A DNA stretch of 64,000 nucleotides from an uncultured delta proteobacterium (GCA_963803975.1 CAWDOY010000020.1:17088-81087), one strand, 5' to 3'. Positions 39,818 to 51,796 are shown, counted from the stretch's first letter. Notes: generated by a model not told the origin, from the sequence alone. Numbers and translations: made by a program.

Positions 39818-42800
39818 CTACAGCGCCACCGTTACAGTCATTTCCTGCGTCGTGCCGTCCTTCTGTTTGCGCTGCACACTGACCTTGACGATTCCTCCCC
39901 GCTGTTTGCCTAAAAGCAGTATCTTTATATCATCTATATCAGTGATTATCCTGCTGTCAATAGCTGTAATCACATCCCCGTCCTTTAGCCCTGCCTTCTG
40001 CGCCGGGCCGTCTTTCATGACTTTCTCGATTAACGACCCCGCTTTTCTCTTTCTTCAGCAGCACCTGGAGCTTTGGACTCTCCGGGGCGGGAATTGGTTC
40101 TGGGAATAATATATAATCTGCCAGGCTTTGATCAATCCCCTGGCCTGAGTCATTGAGGATAAGTGCGCTTGTCGCGCCAATCAGGCGCTGCACCCGTGCC
40201 GGAATACCCCATGCGTACTGCAGGTGGCCGCTGCCGGCAAGGACCACCATCCGGGCATCGGGATATTTTTGCAGGGCCTCTGCTATGCTGTGGGCCATGG
40301 TTTCATCCCACAGGATTTGCGAAAAATAGAAATTATCAAAGCACGTTTTTTTGCTCTGCTCGTGCTGGTAGTAAACCTGCTTCAAGTACTCCCGGTACTG
40401 CTCATTGGTCAGGTCAAGATCAGCCGGCAGCTCTGCCCGCTCCCCGGCGGTCAAAGCATCCATGCCCTTTTCTGAAACCTTTTCTGTGATTTCCCTCCTG
40501 ACATTTAAAGCTATTACCGGGATGGTGTTGGCCCGGGCAAATTGCAGTATGTCCCGGTAGAGGTTATAGTCATAAGCCCAGCGGGGGAAATATTCCGACT
40601 TCTTTAAAAACTCCTCCTCCGTGATTTTTTTATGAACATACTGGTCGAGGTATTTCTGAAACGGCCGCTGAAACATCTCCATGCCGATTATGAGCGGCCG
40701 CTTCTCCTGCAGCATGCGCCGTATTATTTCAAGCTGCATCAGGTGGTCTGCGTAGGTGGTGTGCGATTCACCGATATAGATAATACGCTTATCCCGCACA
40801 TCTTTTATAATAGCATCCAGATCAAGTGAGCTTTTTGTTTTAATGCCGCTGGCGGCAACATGCAGGTCTTCCACGATTCCCTGCTCGGTAGCAGCGCGCT
40901 CTTCTCTGCTGATTTTACCCTGCTCAAAAACGAGCAGCGAATAGTTTCCGTACCTGAATATCTTCCGGTACACGGCTTGTGCTTCACCGGCATTGCGTGC
41001 TTTAAAAACCATAACCACTTTTTTACTGTTCAGGGGATTTTTAGACACCTTCACGACGCACCCGCCTGCAGGCAGTGCCCGGTCAGCAAAAAGCTTCCGG
41101 TAAAAGCTGCCGCTGTCGGATAGAAACAGCACGGAATGTTTTCTCGATATCCGCAAATGTTGTTTCTTTTTCACTTTTAACCGTATAGCCCTGCGCTTTT
41201 AAAAAGCCTGCTGTTTCCCGGTACATTCTTTCGTCCTGGGCTGGTGTGATAACGATACTCTCGCGGTTTCCGATAAAGGCGGATATAACAGGAGCTGCCT
41301 CAGCATCTGTAAGCCTGCGCATCACATCATACTGTTCATCAAGGATTATTTTTATCGGCCGCCCCTTGAATGCTTTCTCGTAATGGGTTACTGCTGCAGC
41401 AGTCTCGATCAGGATTTTCTCTTCACCCTGGTCGGTTATGACCCGGGCAGGCAGTGAGCAGGCAAAAGGCTCTTTATCCTGGAAAATATCAAAGGTTAAC
41501 AGAAAGGCGCTCTCTCTGAAAACAACCTGTGCGTGGGCAAGGGAAAATCCGGGACGCCTTTCCTGTCGAGCCATTGCTGGAAAAAGGATTTCAGATTCTG
41601 TCTGCTGACAGACGCGAAAACGTCACTGATACTATCCCAGGAGGCTTCCTGGTATTGAAATGACGCAATCACATCTTTTAACGACTTGAAAAATAGTTCA
41701 TCCCCCAGCTTCATCCGCAGCATATGGAACACCATGGCGGACTTTCCGTACCCGACAGCTCTTGATGCATAACTGTCAGGCCCTCTGAAGCTGCGCAGCA
41801 AGATTTCATTTGCAGGAGTCACGTAGTTCATGTAGTCGCTGAGCATTTTTTTGCGGTACTCAGCACCGCTGCCTTTAAGATGGCTGTACCACTGGTCAGC
41901 AAGATAGGTGGTGAGCCCTTCCGACCAGTTGCCCCCGGCATAATGTACATACACATGGTTACCAAACCACTGGTGAAGTATTTCATGGCCAAGCGAAGTC
42001 TCAACAATAAACGGGAGCCTTATAACCTGGGAGCCGAGCAGCGTGTAGGTGGGGAGGGAATAGCCGGTCTGGAACCGGTTCTCCACAATGGCAAATGTTT
42101 TATAGGGAAAGGGTCCCAGCAGTGCTTCATATAATTCGATATAGCGTTTTGTATGCGCGAGATAATTATCAGCCAGTTCCCGGTCTTCGGCAAAAAGTAA
42201 CGTTTTCAGGGCAATGCCGTGAAAGGTCTCGGTCCGTGTTACGTATGTTCCTGCTACCAGAGTTATTCCGGGAAGCGGGTGCGGAAAATCAAAAACGATA
42301 TTCTTCAGTCCGTTGCTGGATTTCACCGTTGTTGTTTCAGATTCAGACACTGCTTCAAAATGTTCCGGCACCTCAGCCGTTAGTTTGTAAAAGCACCGGC
42401 CGCCTATTGCCGGGTACCAGTCATGCAGGAGCATAACCCCTTCATTGGATATACTATTGGGTGCCGGTGAGTTTAGAAAGTCACCCTTTTGTTCTGCTGA
42501 ACCAGGAGCAAAGGAAGCGTTATACTCAATCTCAACTACAGTATCGTTTTGCGTATCCCTGATATCGATGATGCCCTGAACAGGGCGCGCCTCTCGTTTG
42601 TTGACGAGAAGTTGCTGAATGGTAAAATCAAGAATATTGATTTTACAGGCTGCGCCTTTCGGCACGCTTATACGCGCGGAGCCCCGGATGGTATGGCCGG
42701 CAGGATCAATGCTGACAATAAGCTCATATACCGGGAGCTGCTGCCCGGCACGCACGGTACCCGGTGCAAAACAAAGAAGCATGAGCACCGCGACTATGCT

Positions 42801-42821
42801 ATAATTCCTGCATCTGAACAT
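39818..42821 (-). CDS. Exported M1 aminopeptidase - ChaN-like - PDZ fusion protein (several frameshifts)
   Basis: HEILHQWFGN...WSEG zincin motif; YIGESH, GMEMF, WDETMA, LAGSGH ChaN motifs; PAQKAGLKDGDVI PDZ motif. Confidence 0.8.
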
Positions 42822-42919
42822 GAAGTCCTCTCTTTGTACATAATTTATCTTTGATAGTAGCTTGCGTGGGAATATACATTCAATAGTACTATAGCACGCA
42901 TAACAGGACTCAGGCATCT

Positions 42920-43757
42920 ATGAAAATAATTATCTATTATATTATTGCTCTGCTCGTATCGCCGCCTCTGTGCAGCGCTCTCGACCTCGGTGATATAGGT
43001 AAAACGCTTGAACAAGCCGGTGTTTCAGATGTGCTGAAATCGTCCGGCATTGACCTTGGCCGCATCACCGACTATCTGAACTGGGAAGCCATCAATGTCT
43101 CCCTTGTTTCAGATTTCACCAACGTGACCGAGCTTAAGCGGGGCAAGGCGGTCATAGACGGCAAGGTGTATAAGAGCGGCATCAACAGCCTGCGCGTTGA
43201 TCTGAAAAGCGGCATTGAGGTGCCAGGTAAAAATGCCGTGCGTCTCACTGACTGCTACGTAGTGTATCATATATTGAAGAAGCAGGCATTTGTGGTCTTC
43301 CCCCGGAAGGATGCGTATATCAAAATTGACCCTGATGAAGCGCGTGACCTGATCGGCTCCTTTGCTTAAAAACCGCGACGGCAAGCCAAAGATAGAGAAA
43401 AAAGAAGACCTGGGCATGGAGACCATCGACGGCCAGGAGTGTAAAAAGATTGCCGCCCTCATGAAATTCCCGAACAACACAAAAAGCAACATCACGGCAT
43501 GGCTGGCCCAGGGGATGAAAGGATTTCCCGTTAAAATTCTGGCTGATTTTAAAACCCCGCAGGGAATAGCAGGAACCAACACCACCACCTTTACCAATAT
43601 AGAAAAGACCGATCCTGATGAATCCCTGTTTGCAATCCCCAAAGACTATGTTAAATATAATAATCTGGTAGAGGTGGCGTCAGAAGGCAAGCTCGGATCA
43701 CGGCTTGAAAAAAAGCCTGCGGGGAAACGGAAATTGTTTAAAGGACGTCAGGATTGA
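42920..43757 (+). CDS. Exported protein, DUF4412-like (frameshift near 43360)
   Basis: Signal peptide; LGMETIDGQECKK and SLFAIPKDY motifs. Confidence 0.65.
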
Positions 43758-43769
43758 ATATAGCAATCA

Positions 43770-44489
43770 ATGAAAGGATGTGGTGATTACATGTACATTA
43801 TTAATAGATTATGCATACGCGCCGGTTTTCGTGTCTGGATAGCAATTCTCCTGCTTTTGGCACTGGTGAGCTTTGTTGCTCCCGGTCCGAACGCCCTCGC
43901 CTCTCCGCGTACCCCCACAGATCTCATTGAGGATTCATGCGGAGGAAGCGTTACAGGAGGAAAACGCATTCTTATTGCCTATGACACCATACATGGCTCA
44001 ACCGCGGAAGTCGCGAAAGAGATCGGCACTGCATTATGCGCGCGCGGCTTTCAGGTTGATATCCGTTTTGTGGGCAATGTACCCGCTCTTCAGGACTATG
44101 ACGCGGTGATCCTGGGCAGCGCCATCTATGAATTCCGCTGGCTGCCTGATGCGATGGCATTTCTCAAGAACAATACCGCCGCGCTTTCTGCTATGCCTGT
44201 CGCATATTTTATTGTCGGTGCCTCGCTCTTTCAGGATACGCCGGAAAACCGGGATGCCGTTAAAAAATCATTTATTGACCCGGTGCTTACGGAGTACCCG
44301 GATATCAAACCGCTGTCCATAGGTCTCTTTGGCGGGGCTGTTGATTTTAAAAAGGAGCAATACAACCTGTTTGAAAAATTTGTTTTGCGGATTCTCGGAT
44401 TAATCGTTGGTTTCAAAGACAGCGCTGACTGGCGTAACTGGGAATATATAAACAGCTGGGCCAATGAGTTCGGTGACCAACTGCAGTAA
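43770..44489 (+). CDS. Flavodoxin-domain protein (HemG-like) with N-terminal signal/anchor
   Basis: ILIAYDTIHGSTAEVA, YDAVILGSAIY, DWRNW. Confidence 0.8.
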   Translation: MKGCGDYMYIINRLCIRAGFRVWIAILLLLALVSFVAPGPNALASPRTPTDLIEDSCGGSVTGGKRILIAYDTIHGSTAEVAKEIGTALCARGFQVDIRFVGNVPALQDYDAVILGSAIYEFRWLPDAMAFLKNNTAALSAMPVAYFIVGASLFQDTPENRDAVKKSFIDPVLTEYPDIKPLSIGLFGGAVDFKKEQYNLFEKFVLRILGLIVGFKDSADWRNWEYINSWANEFGDQLQ

Positions 44490-44620
44490 TTAAAAGTCTG
44501 GAACTCAAGAAATCAGGAAATTTTTGTTTTTACCTTTTTGAGTTCCTGGCTGCCAAATTCAATCTTCTTTGTTTTTTTAGTCTTTGCGGTTAACTTTGGT
44601 TCCGGCTTGTCCGGGTTAGG
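44489..44620 (-). repeat. Dispersed repeat, copy 2, overlapping the 3' end of the DUF1460 gene
   Basis: Reverse-complement match to 37338-37420 with ~50 bp of extra internal sequence. Confidence 0.75.
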
Positions 44621-45412
44621 TCTCAATATTATTACGCCAGGCTTATGCAAAAGGTAGGTTTTTAAATCTTCATCTATCACCTTGCGATACTTTTCTTGTG
44701 ATGACGCGTGGCGAAATAATATTCGTGCTCCTTTTCTTATGACAATACCGACATGCGATACATCCAGGTTTGCCTGAGCTGTATATACGCCAAGGTAATC
44801 CCCTGTTTTTAACTGCGCTAAAATCAAATCATCGACGAACTCAGACGGGATATAGGTAATCTCCCGTCTCCTGACGGTTATGCCGGGTAGCAGCGTCTGG
44901 CCCCCTTCTGCGGCATTCAGTGTCTTTACAGTTTTTTTTGCTTTTCCCGCGCCGATCTGACCGGTGACATCATCTATAAAGCCCGCGTTAAACAAAGTCC
45001 AGTCGCTGAAAAAATGATTGCGGTGTTTATAATCAACCACTCCATTCTGGTAACGCACCTTCCGCAGGTTCTCCCTGAACTCAGCAAAAGAGCCTGAGCG
45101 TCGCATTGCCTCCACATAATCAAGAAAGGTAAAGCAGTCCACCCCTGCCATGTTTATTACCAGCGCTTCCTGCGTTTGCTGATCTCCGATCAGTGTCGCT
45201 GCTTTATACGGTATGCCTGAAAACTGGCTGGAAATAAAATCGATACGTTCAGATGTGCCGCTTATTTTGGAAGCACGGGCAAGAAGATTATCCAGCTGCG
45301 GGATGTTCCATGAGCCGGTATTGATTACTTCTTTATAATTACCGGAATCAGCATTGAATGGAGCGGCAAGAATTGCGATTAGGAAAAACAGTGCGAGTAA
45401 ATATTTATTCAT
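44513..45412 (-). CDS. DUF1460 / AmiA-like NlpC/P60 amidase
   Basis: VDCFTFLDYVEA, RNHFFSDW, LDVSHVG, RHASS. Confidence 0.85.
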   Translation of the reverse strand: MNKYLLALFFLIAILAAPFNADSGNYKEVINTGSWNIPQLDNLLARASKISGTSERIDFISSQFSGIPYKAATLIGDQQTQEALVINMAGVDCFTFLDYVEAMRRSGSFAEFRENLRKVRYQNGVVDYKHRNHFFSDWTLFNAGFIDDVTGQIGAGKAKKTVKTLNAAEGGQTLLPGITVRRREITYIPSEFVDDLILAQLKTGDYLGVYTAQANLDVSHVGIVIRKGARILFRHASSQEKYRKVIDEDLKTYLLHKPGVIILRPNPDKPEPKLTAKTKKTKKIEFGSQELKKVKTKIS

Positions 45413-45562
45413 AAAAGCCCGTGCAGCAAGGAGCAGTTATGTTATTAATAACCATGGTATACTCTGATAAAAACTGGTGCAGATTCTACCCGCGTATCTC
45501 TCTATCAGGTTGTTGAAAAAGGAGTTTTCTCCCAGGCTGGTTTTAAAAGAAAGGGGACCACT

Positions 45563-45727
45563 ATGACCTGGTTTAAATGTTCAGGGTGCGGCTATACGCT
45601 GCAGACTGATAATCCGCCGGATGAATGTCCGTCCTGCAAACAAAAGTGCCTTTTTGTTGACTGCACCTGCTACACGCCCGACTGCGGCGGGCCCGGAAAC
45701 ATTGACCCGAAAGTGACCGGCAAGTAG
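45563..45727 (+). CDS. 54-aa rubredoxin-like Cys-rich protein (not in ORF track)
   Basis: MTWFKCSGCGYTLQTDNPPDECPSCKQKCLFVDCTCYTPDCGGPGNIDPKVTGK; AAGGGG RBS. Confidence 0.8.
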   Translation: MTWFKCSGCGYTLQTDNPPDECPSCKQKCLFVDCTCYTPDCGGPGNIDPKVTGK

Positions 45728-45736
45728 CGCGCCCGT

Positions 45737-45898
45737 TAGCAGGCTGTTGAAAAACACCCATCTGCTTCGTTGCGCTCATCCTTCGTCATTGCGACGTACG
45801 GTAAAGTACGCCTCATTCCTCTTGATTTCGCGCGCCTTGCATCTTGATGTTTTTGACCAGCCTGAGAGAAAACTACTACTTTTTCAACAACCCGTTAG
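45737..45898. mobile_element. MITE-like element with terminal inverted repeats GGYTGTTGAAAAA
   Basis: TAGCAGGCTGTTGAAAAA ... TTTTTCAACAACCCGTTA; partial inverted copy at 45506-45541. Confidence 0.6.
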
Positions 45899-46758
45899 AT
45901 CCGCCGGGCAATCACCGCGCGGTTGTGGCCGGCGTAATCCTTAACCGTCGTAACATCAGAAAATCCCGCGTCGCGAAAAAACTGCGACACTGTTAAAGCC
46001 TGCTCAGAGCCGATCTCAAGAACTGCCCGGCCCTCCCTGCGCAACAAAGCGGGCATCTGCGGTATCCACTGCCGGTAGAGCCTGAGCCCGTCCTCTCCGC
46101 CATCAAGCGCCTGCTGCGGCTCATGGTCTTTTATTTCAGGTGCGAGCGTTTCCATATCACGGCTGCATATATACGGCGGATTGGAAATAATCAGGTCAAA
46201 TAATTCACTCTGCTTAACGGGGGCTAAGCCATTACCGCACACAAGCCGTATCCGTTCCTTAAGTCCCTGTGCTTCAATGTTACCCCGTGCGACTTCTAAA
46301 GCAGCCGGAGAAATGTCAGCAGCATAAATCACGCTGTTTTTTATTTCTCTGGCCAGCGCGATTGCGATAGCGCCGCTTCCCGTCCCCAACTCCAGAATAG
46401 CAACTTCCCGGTCCCCTGGTTTGAGGAGCTTGATTGCTTCCTCAACCAGCAGCTCAGTCTCCGGCCGCGGTATGAGCACGCCCTTCTGCACCTTGATTTT
46501 CAGAGACCAGAATTCCCGGTATCCCGTCAAATAGGCAACCGGCTCACCAGCTGCCCTGCGCCTGACCATGTCCCTGAAGAGAGAAAGCTCAGCTTCCGTC
46601 ACCGCCCGCTCAAACGCGATATACAGCTGAATCCGCTCTATGTTGAGACAGTGCGCAAGCAGCAGCTCGGCATCAAGGCGCGCGCTCTCTATGCTCTTTT
46701 TTTTAAAATAGCCGGTTGTCTCATTGATGAGTTCAAGAATCGTCCAGATTTTATTCAT
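45895..46758 (-). CDS. prmC: Release factor glutamine methyltransferase
   Basis: LIPRPETE, ELGTGSGAIA, SNPPY, ALDGG; downstream of prfA. Confidence 0.95.
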   Translation of the reverse strand: MNKIWTILELINETTGYFKKKSIESARLDAELLLAHCLNIERIQLYIAFERAVTEAELSLFRDMVRRRAAGEPVAYLTGYREFWSLKIKVQKGVLIPRPETELLVEEAIKLLKPGDREVAILELGTGSGAIAIALAREIKNSVIYAADISPAALEVARGNIEAQGLKERIRLVCGNGLAPVKQSELFDLIISNPPYICSRDMETLAPEIKDHEPQQALDGGEDGLRLYRQWIPQMPALLRREGRAVLEIGSEQALTVSQFFRDAGFSDVTTVKDYAGHNRAVIARRI

Positions 46759-46957
46759 ACGGCAGTTTCAAAGGTTCATTCATAATAGAGAATTACTCCG
46801 CATATCCTGAGAGCGTTCGGGACGGGACGTGCGAGGCATGAAACCGGTCAAACTAATACCAAAATTCAACATATAAAGAAAGATTATTCCAGAGATATCA
46901 GGGTAGAAAACAAGGTGCGCTGTGCGGTTGCGAGGCGGGTAACACAAAAAACCGGGA

Positions 46958-48061
46958 TCACTGGTAATGCGGCTTGCCGAATGAATCAAGTCCTGATTCC
47001 TGGAGAGCCTGCGACTGGAAATGGGTGGTGAGGTGGTCGATAATCTCCTGGACGTCGCCTTCCATGATTGCTTCAATGCGATACAGGGTGAGCCCGATGC
47101 GGTGATCAGAGACTCTGCCCTGGGGAAAGTTATAGGTGCGTATGCGCTCGCTCCGGTCACCGCTGCCAACCTGGCTTTTCCGTTCCTTGGAGATCTGGTC
47201 CTGCTGCTCTTTGATCGCCGCGTCCAGAAGGCGTGACTTGAGCACTTTAATGGCCTTTGCTTTGTTTTTATGCTGGGATTTTTCATCCTGGCAGATGACC
47301 ACCAGCCCGGTCGGAAGATGGGTAACCCGTACTGCAGAGTCCGTGGTATTAACGCTCTGACCGCCGGGGCCGGACGAGCGATATACATCTATTTTCAGGT
47401 CATCAGGATTGATCACGATATCAACGTCTTCTGCTTCCGGAAGCACTGCCACCGTTACCGCAGAGGTGTGAATGCGGCCCTGGGTTTCTGTTTCAGGAAC
47501 CCGCTGCACCCGGTGAACACCGCTTTCATACTTGAGCTGGCTGTACACCCCGTCCCCTTCTATGGATGCAATCACTTCCTTAGCGCCTTTCAGGCCGGTA
47601 ATATTCTGGCTTAATATCTCTACCCGCCACCGGCGCCGCTCTGCAAACTTCGCATACATGCGGAACAGGTCCATGGCAAAAAGCGCTGCCTCTTCTCCGC
47701 CCGTACCGGCGCGTATTTCAAGAATGACATTTTTTTCATCACGGGGATCTTTCGGCAGCAGCATCATCCGCAGGCGCTCTTCCAGCTCTTCAAGCTCTTT
47801 TTTAAGGGCGGTGATATCCTCTTTAGCAAGCTCTTTTAAGGCTTCATCATCCCCGTGGAGCAGCACTTTATTACCTTCTATTTCATCAGTTATTTTTTTG
47901 TAGCGCTGGTAGCTCTCTACCACAGAGGCAATCCGCGCCCGCTCGCGGGTTAGCTTCTGATAGCGCTCCATGTCCTGAAAAATGGCCGGATCGCTGAGTG
48001 ACTGCTCAAGCTCACGGTATTTTTGCTCGACTTCTTCCAGCTTATTAAATATTGAACTCAT
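46958..48061 (-). CDS. prfA: Peptide chain release factor 1
   Basis: [28 protein letters not shown]. Confidence 0.97.
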   Translation of the reverse strand: MSSIFNKLEEVEQKYRELEQSLSDPAIFQDMERYQKLTRERARIASVVESYQRYKKITDEIEGNKVLLHGDDEALKELAKEDITALKKELEELEERLRMMLLPKDPRDEKNVILEIRAGTGGEEAALFAMDLFRMYAKFAERRRWRVEILSQNITGLKGAKEVIASIEGDGVYSQLKYESGVHRVQRVPETETQGRIHTSAVTVAVLPEAEDVDIVINPDDLKIDVYRSSGPGGQSVNTTDSAVRVTHLPTGLVVICQDEKSQHKNKAKAIKVLKSRLLDAAIKEQQDQISKERKSQVGSGDRSERIRTYNFPQGRVSDHRIGLTLYRIEAIMEGDVQEIIDHLTTHFQSQALQESGLDSFGKPHYQ

Positions 48062-48146
48062 AGTAATGACAAAGAAAGAGCCCGTGGCTGGACAGTCCGC
48101 CAGTCACGGGCGATGCACTTGTAACGTCTCGGGGAATGCGCTTTCG

Positions 48147-48374
48147 TTACGCTTTGGGTTCAGACTTTTTAATGCCCTTATTGGCATACTTCTTATTGAA
48201 CTTCTCAACCCGGCCTGCTGAATCCACCAGCCTTTGCTTGCCGGTAAAGAAGCCGTGGCAGCTGGAACATACCTCAACCTTGATCTCTTTTCTTGTCGAG
48301 CGGGTTTCAAAGGTATTGCCGCAGACACATTTTACGACTGACTTCTCATAGTTGGGATGAATCTCTTTCTTCAC
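48147..48374 (-). CDS. rpmE: 50S ribosomal protein L31 (Zn-ribbon type)
   Basis: [24 protein letters not shown]. Confidence 0.95.
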   Translation of the reverse strand: MKKEIHPNYEKSVVKCVCGNTFETRSTRKEIKVEVCSSCHGFFTGKQRLVDSAGRVEKFNKKYANKGIKKSEPKA

Positions 48375-48397
48375 GTGGCCTGCTCCTTTCCCATATA

Positions 48398-49651
48398 TTA
48401 CTTATTCATAGAATTAAGGAATTCAACATTATTATCTGTTTCGCGCATTTTTTCAAGTAAAAATTCCATGGCATCAATGGTGTTGAGCGGCTGGAGGACT
48501 TTGCGCAGCAGCCATATTCTGTTCAAGCTTTCCGGCGGCAGCAGCAGCTCCTCTTTACGCGTACCGGAGCGGTTAATGTCAATTGCCGGGAAGACGCGCC
48601 GGTCGGCAAGCTTGCGCTCCAGGTAGATTTCCATGTTGCCGGTGCCTTTGAATTCTTCAAAAATAACTTCATCCATTCTGCTGCCGGTATCAATGAGCGC
48701 GGTTGAGACAATGGTGAGGCTGCCGCCTTCCTCGATATTGCGGGCAGCGCCGAAAAAACGTTTCGGCTTGTGCAGCGCGTTGGAGTCAACACCGCCGGAG
48801 AGCACCTTGCCGCTCGGCGGCACTACCGTGTTGTAGGCCCGTGCCAGGCGCGTTATGCTGTCCAGCAGGATGACGACATCCTTGTTGTGCTCCACCAGGC
48901 GCTTTGCTTTCTCGATGACCATTTCAGCCACCTGCACATGGCGCTGGGCCGGTTCATCAAAGGTTGAGCTGATGACCTCTCCTTTGACCGAGCGCTGCAT
49001 GTCCGTCACCTCTTCCGGCCGCTCATCAATCAGCAGCACGATCAGCATGACTTCCGGGTGGTTCTTGGTAATGGAGTTGGCTATGGTCTGCAGGAGCATG
49101 GTTTTTCCGGTGCGCGGCGGAGAAACAATGAGCCCGCGCTGGCCTTTGCCGATGGGGGTAAGCAGGTCCATGACCCGGGCGGACATATTATCCTTGTCAT
49201 GCTCGAGCCGGAGCCGTTCCATGGGATACAGCGGGGTCAGGTTGTCAAACAGAATCTTATCGCGGGCCGATTCCGGGTTTTCATAATTAACCGACTCTAC
49301 TTTCAGCAGGGCAAAATAGCGCTCTGATTCTTTCGGCGGCCGTATCTGGCCGGAGACAGTGTCGCCGGTGCGCAGATTAAATCTGCGTATCTGTGAGGGT
49401 GAGACATAAATATCATCGGGTCCCGGCAGGTAGTTGTAGTCCGGCGCCCGTAAAAATCCAAAGCCGTCCGGCAGAATCTCCAGCACCCCCTCGCCGTATA
49501 TAAGCCCGTTTTTGTCAATCTCCGACTGCAGCAATGCAAAAATCAGGTCCTGCTTGCGCATGCTGCTGTAGCCTTCCACATTCATCTGCTTGGCAGCGTT
49601 CATCAGGTCGTTAATCTTCTTTTCCTTGAGTTCTTTGAGGTTCATGCACAT
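48398..49651 (-). CDS. rho: Transcription termination factor Rho
   Basis: [39 protein letters not shown]. Confidence 0.97.
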   Translation of the reverse strand: MCMNLKELKEKKINDLMNAAKQMNVEGYSSMRKQDLIFALLQSEIDKNGLIYGEGVLEILPDGFGFLRAPDYNYLPGPDDIYVSPSQIRRFNLRTGDTVSGQIRPPKESERYFALLKVESVNYENPESARDKILFDNLTPLYPMERLRLEHDKDNMSARVMDLLTPIGKGQRGLIVSPPRTGKTMLLQTIANSITKNHPEVMLIVLLIDERPEEVTDMQRSVKGEVISSTFDEPAQRHVQVAEMVIEKAKRLVEHNKDVVILLDSITRLARAYNTVVPPSGKVLSGGVDSNALHKPKRFFGAARNIEEGGSLTIVSTALIDTGSRMDEVIFEEFKGTGNMEIYLERKLADRRVFPAIDINRSGTRKEELLLPPESLNRIWLLRKVLQPLNTIDAMEFLLEKMRETDNNVEFLNSMNK

Positions 49652-50209
49652 GTCTCCTTGACAGGTTTCATGCCCCGCACGCCCTGCGGTATAAAGCAGA
49701 GGCCGGAGGCAGGTCGCTAAAATGAAAGATTAAACTCCGGGAAGCCCTGTCCCGCAAGCCTTCGGGATAAGCAGAGAACTTCTTTGCGGTAGTTTTTATT
49801 GACTATTTCGGTTGTGTGTGTGCGGTTGTGAAATAAAAACAGCATGCAATCAGCTTAGGATTTACAGGCAAAACAGGGGATATTTTATCTATGTTAAAAA
49901 GAGCTCGGTATGAGAAGCAACATCTGCAGCCTATGCCGGGGTCATTATGGTCTGGAAGGAACGTCACTACGTATCGTTACAACGTATATGAGCTTCTCAG
50001 CATTTGGTTATCTCTGCGGGTACCTCTGATGGTTATTAATAGCGCTAATCAGTAAGGATATGCTGGTTATTTTAAAAGAGATGCTCACAGGAGAGAACAC
50101 TACAGGAAATCTATAAACTTTTATTATGGATTATTTTTGGAGAGTTTTCTCTGTAAAAAAATATAACCGGCTTTCTGATGATTGTCAAGCTATTTATTCC
50201 AGCGTTTTG

Positions 50210-50824
50210 TTATGATGATCTTTTCCTGTCACGCGTCAGGTGCAAAAAAAACTTTTCCACCTGCTCTGCGGTTTTCTCCCGGTCCGCATCGTTTTCCACC
50301 ACAAAGGTCGCGCACTCCCTCTTCTGATCAAGCGGCAGCTGGGAAGCAATGCGTTCCCGCGCGTCTTCCTCACGTAACCCGTCCCGTGCCATGAGGCGGG
50401 CGATCTGCGTTTCACGGGGCGCCCAGACTACCATAACCTCATCAAAATCGTTTTGCATGTCGCATTCAATCAGCAGCGGGACATCGACCACCACTACTGC
50501 ATCAGGGGCTCTGGCTTGGATAGCGGCAATCTGCTCACCGACGGCCCTGATGATGAGGGGGTGGAGGAGGCTGTTCAAGATTTCCCGGCGCCCGGCATCG
50601 GCAAAAATGATGCTTGCAAGCTTTGCCCGGTCAATCGTGCCGTCTTCAGCAAGTATCTGCGGCCCGAACTCTGTAACCACTGCCTGCCAGCCTTCAGTGC
50701 CCGGCACGACCACGTCCCGGGCAATAGCATCGGTATCAATCACCTCGCAGCCCAGGCGCCTCAATATCTGCGCAACGAGACTTTTCCCGCTTGCAATTCC
50801 CCCGGTTAATCCGACGGTAATCAT
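50210..50824 (-). CDS. coaE: Dephospho-CoA kinase
   Basis: GLTGGIASGKS, DVPLL, RLMARD. Confidence 0.95.
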   Translation of the reverse strand: MITVGLTGGIASGKSLVAQILRRLGCEVIDTDAIARDVVVPGTEGWQAVVTEFGPQILAEDGTIDRAKLASIIFADAGRREILNSLLHPLIIRAVGEQIAAIQARAPDAVVVVDVPLLIECDMQNDFDEVMVVWAPRETQIARLMARDGLREEDARERIASQLPLDQKRECATFVVENDADREKTAEQVEKFFLHLTRDRKRSS

Positions 50825-51774
50825 GCTGCAGTCCTCACGGCCTGTAATACCCTGATAAAATCTTCAGGCGGCGGCACTGCAAATTCTACCAGTGCCTGCG
50901 ATTCCGGATGGGTGAACTGAAGATACCCGGCATGAAGCAGCGGCCGGTCAATCTCACTGAGAGCTTTCCGCACTCCCGGCAAACAAATCTCCTTGTTCCT
51001 CTTGCCTGCTCCGTACACCCCGTCCCCAACCACGGGATGTCCCATGCTTGAGAGATGGACCCGCACCTGGTGGGTTCTGCCTGTTTCCAGCGTTACCTCA
51101 AGCAGCGTCAGGCCGGCAAACTCCTCGGCAACCTTCCAGTGGGTGACGGCCTGCCGTCCTCTGCTGGGCAGGGCTGACATCTTCTTCCGCTGGGTCGGAT
51201 GCCTGCCGATGAGTGTCTGTATCGTACCTGCTGTTTTGTCCATGCTGCCATGAACCAGGGCCTGATATTTTCGCACAATGGTGTGCAGCTTAAACTGCCG
51301 GCTGAGGCCCTGGTGGGCAATATCATTTTTTGCTACCACCAGAATTCCCGAAGTTCCCTTGTCCAGCCGGTGAACAATCCCGGGCCGTAAGACCCCGCCG
51401 ATTCCGGAAAGCGTGGTACAGTGATGGAGGAGCGCATTTACCAGCGTGCCGGTGTAATTGCCGCATGCCGGATGCACCACCATGCCCGGGGGCTTGTTAA
51501 CCACCATCAGGGCCGCATCTTCATAGAGAACTTCCAGGGGTATATTTTCAGCCTGACCCTCAAGCGGCACCGGGTCAATGAGCACTACTTCGATACGCTC
51601 TCCGGCGCGCACATGGTATGATGCCTTCTGCAATACCTGATCGACCCGGATGCGGCTGTCTTTGATGGCCCGTTGCACCTGCGACCGGGTAAAAAGAGCC
51701 TGCCGCTCAGCCAGAAAGATGTCAAGCCGCTTCCCGCTGTCCTGGACGCTTACCGCAAACGCAACTGTTTTCAC
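50821..51774 (-). CDS. rluD: RluA/RluD-family 23S rRNA pseudouridine synthase
   Basis: S4 domain, VNKPPGMVVHP, HRLDKGTSG, TGRTHQVRVH. Confidence 0.9.
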   Translation of the reverse strand: MKTVAFAVSVQDSGKRLDIFLAERQALFTRSQVQRAIKDSRIRVDQVLQKASYHVRAGERIEVVLIDPVPLEGQAENIPLEVLYEDAALMVVNKPPGMVVHPACGNYTGTLVNALLHHCTTLSGIGGVLRPGIVHRLDKGTSGILVVAKNDIAHQGLSRQFKLHTIVRKYQALVHGSMDKTAGTIQTLIGRHPTQRKKMSALPSRGRQAVTHWKVAEEFAGLTLLEVTLETGRTHQVRVHLSSMGHPVVGDGVYGAGKRNKEICLPGVRKALSEIDRPLLHAGYLQFTHPESQALVEFAVPPPEDFIRVLQAVRTAA

Positions 51775-51796
51775 CGTATAGAATATATATTATGTA

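Noticed and set aside
45747..45944. ORF MKNTHLLRCAHPSSLRR... and its antisense ORF
   Set aside because: It lies essentially within the MITE-like repeat and is a spurious translation.
49652..50200. Hidden gene or riboswitch in the ~550-bp region upstream of rho
   Set aside because: No credible ORF or recognisable RNA motif. Long leaders are expected for autoregulated rho genes.
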